DNA of 24,000 nt from Acaryochloridaceae cyanobacterium SU_2_1. GTDB taxonomy: Bacteria; Cyanobacteriota; Cyanobacteriia; Thermosynechococcales; Thermosynechococcaceae. Location of the stretch: contig JAAUUW010000009.1 in the NCBI GenBank assembly GCA_012030735.1, positions 18,023-42,022 on the forward strand, read 5' to 3'. How positions within the stretch are numbered: the stretch's first letter is position 1; every line of letters begins with the position of its first letter. Below, piece by piece: positions 10,745 through 18,492 of this stretch. A program made the translations under genes and the position numbers. A model generated the notes under the pieces. The model saw only the letters and a program-made list of their open reading frames with translations, did not search any database and was not told the origin of the DNA.

Positions 10745-10770
10745 GCTGATCCCGGCATCAGCCTCTTTTC
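10745..10770 (+). terminator. Weak hairpin plus T-tract; possible intrinsic terminator.
   Basis: The stem is GCTGAT (10745..10750) with ATCAGC (10757..10762) and a 6-nt loop, followed by CTCTTTTC. The stem is short and it lies about 215 nt downstream of the kinase stop. Confidence 0.25.
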
Positions 10771-10777
10771 AAATTCA

Positions 10778-12187
10778 TCAAGAGGAGATCAAACTGCGAA
10801 CATCCGCGACTTGGCCCTTGATCGCTGCTGCCACCACCATTGCCGGACTCATCAATAGCGTCCGTCCTGAGGCGGATCCCTGACGTCCCTTAAAGTTGCG
10901 GTTAGAAGAAGAGGCGCTCAGTTCTCGGCCTTGCAGCTTATCGGGGTTCATCGCCAAACACATCGAGCAACCCGGTTCTCGCCATTCAAAACCGGCCTGC
11001 TCAAAGATGCGATCCAACCCTTCGGCCTCGGCTTGTTGTTTGACCAGTTCTGAACCAGGAACCACAAAGGCTTTGACCCCTGGGGCAACTTGCTGTCCTT
11101 GGGCAAATTGGGCTGCTTCCCGGAGGTCACTTAGCCGACCATTGGTGCAACTGCCAATAAAACAGACATCGATCTTAGTGCCTTGAATGGGCTGGCCAGG
11201 CTCGAGATCCATGTAGCGATAAGCTTCTTCTGCCAGGGGCTGATCAGCAGCAGTAAAGGCGTCTAGGGTGGGTACCACTTCGTCAATGCCAATGCCTTGG
11301 CCGGGCGTAATACCCCAAGTCACCGTGGGGGGAATAGTGGCTGCATCAAAAACCACCACATCATCATAGAGAGCATCCGCATTGCTGCGAATACTTTGCC
11401 ACCAAGCCACGGCTCGATCCCAATCGGCGGCTGAGGGAGCATTGGGTTTGCCTTGCAAGTAATCGAAGGTGATTTGATCGGGATTGATATAGCCGCATCG
11501 CGCCCCCCCTTCAATGGACATATTGCAAACTGTCATTCGTTCTTCCATTTGCATCGCCTCAAAGGTCGTGCCCGCAAATTCATAGGCATAACCGACGCCA
11601 CCCTTGACCCCCAGGCTGCGAATGATATGTAAAATCACGTCCTTGGCATAGACACCAGGCTTGAGATTGCCATTGACTTCAATTTTACGGACTTTCAGTT
11701 TAGAGAGGGATAGGGTTTGGGAGGCCAATACATCTCGAACTTGGCTAGTGCCAATTCCAAAGGCGATCGCACCAAAGGCACCATGGGTTGAGGTATGGCT
11801 ATCACCACAGGCAATAGTCATACCCGGTTGGGTTAAACCTTGTTCTGGAGCAATCACATGGACAATACCTTGCTTGCCAGAGCCAATATCGTGAAAGGTA
11901 ATCTGATGTTCTTGGCAACTCTGCTCTAACGCCTGCATCATTTCTTCCGCCAAGGCATCGGCAAAGGGTCGTCTTTGATCCGCCGTGGGCACAATGTGAT
12001 CAACGGTGGCCACGGTCCGCTCTGGGTACAACACCTTCAGATTACGCCCGGCGAGCATGGCAAAGGCTTGGGGGCTAGTGACTTCATGGATCAGGTGTAA
12101 TCCAATAAAGAGCTGAGTTTGGCCCGAAGGCAGGACCCCGACAGTATGGAGATCCCAAACTTTATCAAATAGCGTCCCTTGACTCAT
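10778..12187 (-). CDS. leuC: 3-isopropylmalate dehydratase large subunit.
   Basis: The ORF is intact (472 aa from TTG at 12196; the ATG at 12187 gives [14 protein letters not shown]). It has aconitase-family motifs [44 protein letters not shown] and GCSMCLAMN. Confidence 0.95.
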   Translation of the reverse strand: MSQGTLFDKVWDLHTVGVLPSGQTQLFIGLHLIHEVTSPQAFAMLAGRNLKVLYPERTVATVDHIVPTADQRRPFADALAEEMMQALEQSCQEHQITFHDIGSGKQGIVHVIAPEQGLTQPGMTIACGDSHTSTHGAFGAIAFGIGTSQVRDVLASQTLSLSKLKVRKIEVNGNLKPGVYAKDVILHIIRSLGVKGGVGYAYEFAGTTFEAMQMEERMTVCNMSIEGGARCGYINPDQITFDYLQGKPNAPSAADWDRAVAWWQSIRSNADALYDDVVVFDAATIPPTVTWGITPGQGIGIDEVVPTLDAFTAADQPLAEEAYRYMDLEPGQPIQGTKIDVCFIGSCTNGRLSDLREAAQFAQGQQVAPGVKAFVVPGSELVKQQAEAEGLDRIFEQAGFEWREPGCSMCLAMNPDKLQGRELSASSSNRNFKGRQGSASGRTLLMSPAMVVAAAIKGQVADVRSLISS

Positions 12188-12297
12188 GACTGGCAATATA
12201 TCAATGTGCGGATGGACCCCAATTCTATCTCAAACTCGCCGATGGATCGCCTATTATCGGTGGTCTATTGTTGACCTAAGGCTAGAAAGAGTCAATC

Positions 12298-12324
12298 GTC
12301 CCTAGGGTGTAACATCCTAGGGAC
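12298..12324 (-). terminator. Perfect 9-bp stem hairpin just downstream of the 12332..12922 gene.
   Basis: GTCCCTAGG (12298..12306) pairs with CCTAGGGAC (12316..12324) across a 9-nt loop. It starts 8 nt after the stop on the minus strand, and the trailing sequence is only moderately U-rich. Confidence 0.35.
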
Positions 12325-12331
12325 CCTAACC

Positions 12332-12922
12332 TTAACCCCGATTTCGCTCTAGCAAAATCATCATCAGTAAGCTGAGGACGGCCAGTTGCTGCTCCTGCTC
12401 AGTCATCTGATCGACTTGCTTGATCGTAAAGATCCGCGACAAGAAGGCAGGGACTTTGCTGAAATGCATGACAACGGTGCCATCTGGCCGGGTCACATGA
12501 AAGGTCGGGTTAAAGAAATAGCCCGTAAACAGTCCCAAGATCGGGATTTCAGCAAATAGGGCATCCATGATTTTGACCCAGGGATTTTCCTCATGGATGG
12601 ACAATACTGGGACTTCACTGGAACCACCGGCAATATCGTAATGGGCTTTCCAGATCGACTTCATCCCTTTGCGCTTGACGGAGCCTAGCTCTGTGCCGTT
12701 GCGATCGCGAAAATGATACCGGGCCGAAAAATCAATAATTCGATCCGCACTGATCGAATAGACCGGTTGAGTTTGGGCCTCATCGGCACAAATGGTGATT
12801 TGCTCTCTCAGCTTGAATAACTTTTGCCGCACATAGAGCAGCAAATTGCCCGTAGCATCGTTGACATAGATTTGAGGCGCAAGGGCAAACAGCTTAAATT
12901 TAAGGGTCAGTGGATATTGCAT
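12332..12922 (-). CDS. Hypothetical protein, tentatively of the tubby C-terminal-like / LURP-one-related (LOR, scramblase-like) fold.
   Basis: The 196-aa intact ORF shows alternating short beta-like segments (YVNDATGNLLLYVRQKLFKLREQITI, YSISADRIIDFSARYHFRDRNGTELGSVKRK) and a C-terminal hydrophobic helix (LAVLSLLMMILLE). The family call rests on pattern resemblance only. Confidence 0.6.
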   Translation of the reverse strand: MQYPLTLKFKLFALAPQIYVNDATGNLLLYVRQKLFKLREQITICADEAQTQPVYSISADRIIDFSARYHFRDRNGTELGSVKRKGMKSIWKAHYDIAGGSSEVPVLSIHEENPWVKIMDALFAEIPILGLFTGYFFNPTFHVTRPDGTVVMHFSKVPAFLSRIFTIKQVDQMTEQEQQLAVLSLLMMILLERNRG

Positions 12923-13198
12923 AGGATATCTAAAGATAAAAACGTCAAGATACAGGAAGATAAGGGATTAATATCAAGTTTTGACCACCATGGGATTGAT
13001 CCTGATCACCGGTGATCGCGTTAGGTTATCCATGGCATAGTCATACTAGGATCAAGGCTGCTCAATCCCTTAACAGTATGCCCAGACCTTCTAAATAGGC
13101 TATCATCCCAGCGGGTTTTGGCACTCCTGCCTTCATGGGCTCTTGCTACCCTTGGACGGCTCGCACAAAGGAGCGGTCTGAATTAAGAAAAACTAAGT

Positions 13199-14423
13199 CT
13201 ATAGAGAACAAGCTTCTAAAGAAGCAGCCAATTCTAACGCTGTTTGGAACCGATAGTCAGGATAGGGATGGGTCGCTTTTTCGATGATCGTCCTTAGGAG
13301 AGGCGGAATACTCAAAATATGGGTCAGATGGACTCGATAGCCTTGCCCTAAGTTTTTATAGAATTTTTAAGGGACTTTGACCCGTCAACAAAAACAACAA
13401 GGTTGCGCCCAGACCGTAGAGATCGGACTGGATTTGTGGCCTCCCTAAGCCCTGTTCTGGCGCAGTATAGCCCTCAACGGCAATGCGAGTTCCGGGTAAA
13501 AGGCTGGCTTCTTTAACCGTACCAAAGTCAAGAATGAAGATCCGTTGATCTCGGATCCGCACCATCAAGTTACTGGGTTTAAGATCGCGATGTATCACAG
13601 GGGGGCTTTGATCATGCAGATAATCTAGGATGTGACAGGCTTGAATCAGCCAATTCAGGGCTTTGGGGATTGGCAGAGGCCCATGGCGATTCACCCATTG
13701 CTCTAAGTCTTGACCGGGAATCAGCTCCATCGCTAAATACTGGGTATGGCCTTGGCTGAAGTGATCGAAGAATTTGGGAATACCAGGATGATGGAGCGAT
13801 CGCAAAACCCGAGCTTCCCGCTTGAATAACTCCTGAGCCTTAGGAATTCGCAAAATTTCAGTCTTCATCTCCTTCAGCACTTGGGCTTGAGGTCGAGAAG
13901 AAGAAGTCCTCGGTGGCAGCACTAGAAACGTCGTTCCCATCCCCCCGGCCCCCAAAACCCTTAAGACCTGATAGGCATTGATCGTTTTGAGGACCTGGAG
14001 GGGCTCACCACAGTGAATACAAAATAAATTATCGGCGGCATTGCCAAGATGAAGGCATGCTGTTGTTGGGATCTCTTCGCAATCTGTCTCTAGCATCAAT
14101 CTGGGCGGCGCGAGTTGCTCAAACCGGAGCAAAGGTCCCGTGAGGCCGAGCTGAATCATATTTTGATCCCTCAAAGCCGCCACCCGCATCCAGTGACCAT
14201 CTAGGAAGGTGCCATTGCTACCTATACTGTTCATTTCCCACTGCCATTGGCCCGGGCCGCCCCCCACTAGGCGCAACTCTAAGTGATAGCGAGACACCAA
14301 CAGATCTCGCAAGACAATATGATTATGCTTCGATCGGCCCACATTAATCTGTCGGGTTGCCGCAAAACGCCACTGGCGTAAAGGGTGGCGGTGGCGGGGG
14401 TCAAGGAGGGTTAGAGTAACCAC
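13199..14423 (-). CDS. FHA domain, 4-Cys zinc ribbon and Ser/Thr protein kinase. One frame break lies near the 3' end.
   Basis: The FHA signature is VGRSKHNHIVLRDLLVSRYHLEL...NGTFLDG (about 14130..14345). The Cys motif is C-x7-C-x11-C-x2-C-G (14007..14081). Kinase motifs are GAGGMGTTF, VLKEMK, HRDLKPSNLMV, DFGTVK and TAPEQ. ORF 13356..14423 ends ...SPLKIL*, but the next frame continues FYKNLGQGYRVHLTHILSIPPLLRTIIEKATHPYPDYRFQTALELAASLEACSL to the stop at 13199..13201. The switch is at the T5 run 13364..13368. Confidence 0.85.
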
Positions 14424-14465
14424 AGATCAGCGGGGAATGAGGTCAATAGGACAATAAGCTAGGGA

Positions 14466-16604
14466 TTAGAGTCCTGGCATCTGGGACTGAACTTGCATCC
14501 AAATAGCCAGCACGGTGATATTGTCATGGCCATTATGCTCATTCGCCAGATCGATTAAGCGATTCACCCCCTGCTCCAGGGTTACTTGCCGATTTAAGAT
14601 CGGCAACAGATGACTCTCGGTATAGATTTCCAACAAACCATTGTCTGTTAAGCCATCGGAGCAAATCAACAATAGGGTATCTTCTGTGGCACTCAGCCGT
14701 TGCACATCAGGCAGAATGGCCTGATTATCACGAGGTCCTAAGGCTTGGGTTAATTGATAGGCATCGGGGCGGGCATAGGCGACTGCGGGCGCAACCCCCC
14801 CGTTGAATTTCTCGTTGACCCACTTCGTGATCCACTGTCAGTTGCTCTAAACCTTGTTTATGAGTCAGTCGATACATCCGACTGTCTCCCACATGGGCGA
14901 TTTGGATGTCGGTGTTTTGGATGATGGCAACTACCGCTGTGGTGCCCATCCGGCCACTGCCTGTCCCTGCTTGGGCTTCATTAGCGGCAAATAGAGCGTG
15001 GTTGGCTGCGTAAATAGCCTCTGTCATTGTGGATTCGTCGGGGAACTCCTCTTGCCAGTGAGTATCAAAATACTGGGTGAGCGTATCGGCGGCTAAGGCG
15101 CTGGCCACCTCCCCACTGGCATGACCACCCATGCCGTCACAAAGCAAATATAAACCGCGAACTGTGAGGTGGTGACCTGCTGGGCTAGTGGTTTCTAGAA
15201 TCTGCTGATCAATAACAAAATAATCTTCATTATGGTGGCGATCGCGACCCTCATCGGTTTGACCAAAGGCTGCGATCGCCAACAACTGATCGGGCAAGAT
15301 CACCGTTGCTGGCCCACCGTCCGACAACCCCGATGATCCAGTTGAGTGATCAGCTGCTGGCCCCCAGGCTTGGAGGCCAGCAGCTTGGGCTAGCCACTGA
15401 TTGACATCAGACAGGCATTTCTGCAACTGGGCCTGACTGATCGTCTCTGGCTCTGCCAGGCGACGGGCCAACAGGCTTAGGGCTTGATCATGGTCTGGAA
15501 GCAACTGTGCAAGCCAGTCTAGCCAGAGTTCACGGAGTTGATGCCAAAAGGTCGAATCAGGGAGGTGATTGGTAATGGTTAGTCTACCGGCAGCCATCTC
15601 ATTATTCTGGGCAAAGCATAATCGCTCCAGACAAAGAATTTGCTGATGTTCAACTCGGATATTATCAGCAGAGAATAGGCTTTCCCCGCATTGCCAAGGG
15701 ATACAAGTAACGGCAAAATCAAGAGTTTGCTGGAACCAATTAACCAAAAGTTGGGGATGCACCGTGGCTTGGCTTAACACCTGGGTCAACTTGGGCAGCG
15801 CCGTCCGATTTCAAGTAGTAGCACCACCCCCCACTCAGATTGCCAAGCATCGTGAAGATGGGGCAACAATAAGGGAAAGGCTTGCCGGAGGGCTAAGTAA
15901 GGCTCGACAAGGGAAGGTACTGCTAAGGGCTGGGTTTGCAGAAAGGCCGTAATCGCCCCAGGATTACCCATCACCGCTGGAGTCGTCAGCTCTTGCATCT
16001 GACTCATCAAGATCGACAAGGGCGACACCACAAAAGGCTCTAGATCCAAGAGCTGAAATCGCTCTAAAGCTTCATTCTCAGCCGTAGCAGTGCCAGAATC
16101 TAGGAGGCGATAGCGCTGATTTTCTGCCAAAAAAGCCCTCAAAGCTGAGGGTAGAGCAGGTAATGCTTGCCGATCGGGTGAATCATCTGCCACTGTCCAG
16201 ACTGGGCCGGCAGCCGATGATGGGGGCTGATCTTCAAAACCCTGAACGAGCCCAGGTTCAGTCATGCCTTGAATCAGTTGTTCAACGCAACTTAAGATTT
16301 CTGCTGAGGTTAGTTCTATGGCTGGACTGGGCTTGTCCAAAGACAAGACTGAGTTAGCAACTACAGCATTCAAAGCCCCTACAGATTGGAGCAAGGGATC
16401 TTCTTCTGGCTGATCCAGAGACGGAAACAGCTCCACCTGCCAAAGGGTGGCAGTTAAATGGCCACATTCAGGACAATTTAAGCTATCAAACTCAACAAAA
16501 TGACCACAGTTAGCACAGGTCTTATGGAACAAAGAAGTGCCACATTGCTGACAGAATCGATGATCATCAACATTGTGAAAATGACACTGTGGACATTTGA
16601 TCAT
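14466..16604 (-). CDS. Double zinc ribbon, degenerate kinase-like region and PP2C (PPM) Ser/Thr phosphatase. It is split into three ORF pieces.
   Basis: The protein starts [49 protein letters not shown] (16458..16595, two C-x2-C pairs twice). The PP2C motifs are [47 protein letters not shown] and GHDNITV. The frame switches at the T3 run 15809..15811 (VVLLLE|[14 protein letters not shown]) and the C7 run 14795..14801 (EIQRG|[23 protein letters not shown]...). Confidence 0.8.
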
Positions 16605-16708
16605 CCTAAGGGGGGTGATGGTGAGGTGGGTATAAGCTAAGGCAATTCTACCCACCTCTGGGTATTTTTCACTCCGGTAAATTACGGAAATTATCATAAA
16701 CACTTTGG

Positions 16709-16762
16709 GGAACAAGTTACTCAAGGGCAAGTAGGGGGGCTTGCCCTTGAGTAACTTGTTCC
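16709..16762. repeat. Perfect 23-bp inverted repeat (hairpin) with an 8-nt loop containing a G6 run.
   Basis: GGAACAAGTTACTCAAGGGCAAG (16709..16731) is the exact reverse complement of CTTGCCCTTGAGTAACTTGTTCC (16740..16762). The loop is TAGGGGGG. It lies at the expected 3' end of rluE. Confidence 0.9.
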
Positions 16763-17360
16763 TTGGCTTTTGCTTCTGGTGAGTGATTTCCTGAAGATCT
16801 TGCACCTCCCTGGGCGTTAAATGTCGCCATTGGCCTGGTTGTAACTCATTGTGAGATAAATGAGCGATCGCAACTCGTACCAACCGCAAGGTCGGTAGCC
16901 CTACGGCTGCCGTCATCCGTCTCACTTGACGATTTTTCCCTTCATATAAGGTCATTTCTAGCCAGGCCGTCGGAATATGCTGACGAAACCGGATGGGCGG
17001 CTGGCGAGGCGGCAGTGGAGGAGCCTCCTCTAGCAAGGTGACTTGGGCCGGACGACTGCGATAGTTGCGAATCATCACCCCCCTAGACAAGGCTTGCAAC
17101 GCGGTTGGATCGGGACTATTTTCCACCTGCACCCAATAGGTACGGGGATGGCCAAAGGCTGGATCAGACAACCGATGCTGTAGCCAACCATGATTGGTTA
17201 ACAACAGTAAGCCCTCGCTATCACGATCCAAGCGCCCCACCGGATAGACATCGGGCATTTCTATATAGTCTTTCAGGGTAGGATGGGAGGTCTGTTGGCG
17301 ATCACTAAACTGACTAAGAACCCCGTAAGGCTTATAAAACAATAGATATTGCCAAACCAT
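16716..17360 (-). CDS. rluE: 23S rRNA pseudouridine synthase, RluE-like (RsuA/RluE family). The 3' end is uncertain because no in-frame stop exists as assembled.
   Basis: Motifs are [12 protein letters not shown], the catalytic-Asp motif [16 protein letters not shown], and [43 protein letters not shown]. It appears collinear with my recollection of E. coli RluE for about 190 aa. The ORF then reads through the hairpin into the next gene. A +/-1 change in the G6 run 16734..16739 would create a stop at about 16716..16725. Confidence 0.8.
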
Positions 17361-17477
17361 AACCCTTCCCTATAGAACAAAACCAGCAGGACTGCCCAAG
17401 ACTCCTATGATTATCAATGCGATGGGCGTTATATTCATAGGCTAGGCTGGCAACTAGACTTACAAACATGGCAATCG

Positions 17478-18470
17478 ATGGATCTCCTGCGCTCACTTCC
17501 CCTAGGACTATATCTAGAACAACCCCAAACTTGGTTGCACCGCCTTGATCCCCGAGTCAAACTTGCTTGGCTGATGATGTTTTTACTCTCACCCTTGCTA
17601 GCCAATTCTCTCTGGCGTTTGGTGTTGGTGATCGCTCTGATCCTCTTAACGATTGCGGCATTGATACCCTTAAAGGTTTGGCGCAAGCAGATTGGCTTGC
17701 TCTGTTTGCTCTGTTTGCTGATCGGCGGCGTGAGTGCGATGATGCCCGATGGACTCACCCTCAGTTACCAACCCCGGCTGCCCGCTGATGAGTTGCAGAG
17801 CCTGGAAGCTCCACCACCGCCAGTGGCGACGAGCGCGCCTTGGTATCAGCCCCTTTTGTTTTGGCAGCAGCCCAGCCCAGTCTTATCGCGATCTAAGGCT
17901 ACGGCTCCCCCCTTGCCCCAACCCACTCCCTATCGGTATGTTCTCTTTCATCAAGGTCCAGTGCGGGTTACCCGTGGATCCTTCGAGTTAGGGTTACGGT
18001 TGAGTACCTGGCTCTTTACCCTAATCTATGGCACCAATCTATATCTGCTCACCACCTCCCCCGAAGAAATTACCGTTGCCCTAGAACATCTCTTCCAACC
18101 CCTGAAGCGATGGCGGCTTCCCATTACCGAAGTGGTTTTAACCCTTACCTTAGCCCTGCGCTTCATCCCCTTGGTGCTAGAAGAAATTCAGAATTTAATC
18201 AGAGCCGTGCGGACGCGGGCCATTCAGTGGAAAAAACTGGGGGTTCGCGGTGGCATTCAAGTTTGGCTGATGTTGGCGGATCGTCTACTCGAAAATTTGT
18301 TTTTGCGGGCAGAACAAGTGGCGAGCGCCATGGCGGTCAGAGGGTTTACCAGTCCCAATCACCATCAGGTGCAATGGCATCAGTTGCGTCTAGGCTATCG
18401 AGATGGGTTGGCCCTCCTTCTGGTGGTTATTGTTTGGGGCCTTCGTCTATGGATTGGTTCCATAGGATAA
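17478..18470 (+). CDS. ecfT: Energy-coupling-factor transporter transmembrane component (EcfT/CbiQ family).
   Basis: The 330-aa intact ORF has LHRLDPRVKLAWLMMFLL at the N-terminus and multiple TM segments. The conserved C-terminal coupling region is ALRFIPLVLEEIQNLIRAVRTRA ... AMAVRGF. A roughly 60-aa Pro-rich insertion is present (PPPPVATSAPWYQ...PPLPQPTPY). Confidence 0.8.
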   Translation: MDLLRSLPLGLYLEQPQTWLHRLDPRVKLAWLMMFLLSPLLANSLWRLVLVIALILLTIAALIPLKVWRKQIGLLCLLCLLIGGVSAMMPDGLTLSYQPRLPADELQSLEAPPPPVATSAPWYQPLLFWQQPSPVLSRSKATAPPLPQPTPYRYVLFHQGPVRVTRGSFELGLRLSTWLFTLIYGTNLYLLTTSPEEITVALEHLFQPLKRWRLPITEVVLTLTLALRFIPLVLEEIQNLIRAVRTRAIQWKKLGVRGGIQVWLMLADRLLENLFLRAEQVASAMAVRGFTSPNHHQVQWHQLRLGYRDGLALLLVVIVWGLRLWIGSIG

Positions 18471-18492
18471 AGTCACCCTGAGCTGATGACAT

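Noticed and set aside
10896-11894. ORFs antisense or out of frame within leuC (10896..11186, 10948..11130, 11320..11514, 11661..11894).
   Set aside because: leuC is intact and highly conserved across this span, so these are shadow ORFs. The same reasoning applies to small ORFs inside bciB, spp, ecfT (17435..17758, 17567..17788, 17749..17991, 18110..18481), pabB (18690..19061) and pipY (20450..20750).
15786-17360. The 524-aa ORF taken at face value as a single pseudouridine-synthase/zinc-ribbon fusion protein.
   Set aside because: The linker is a translated perfect hairpin plus promoter-like AT-rich DNA. The second half has its own ATG (16604) and continues by frameshift into the PP2C gene. 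A 1-nt change in the G6 run gives rluE a normal-length end. I therefore treat it as two genes.
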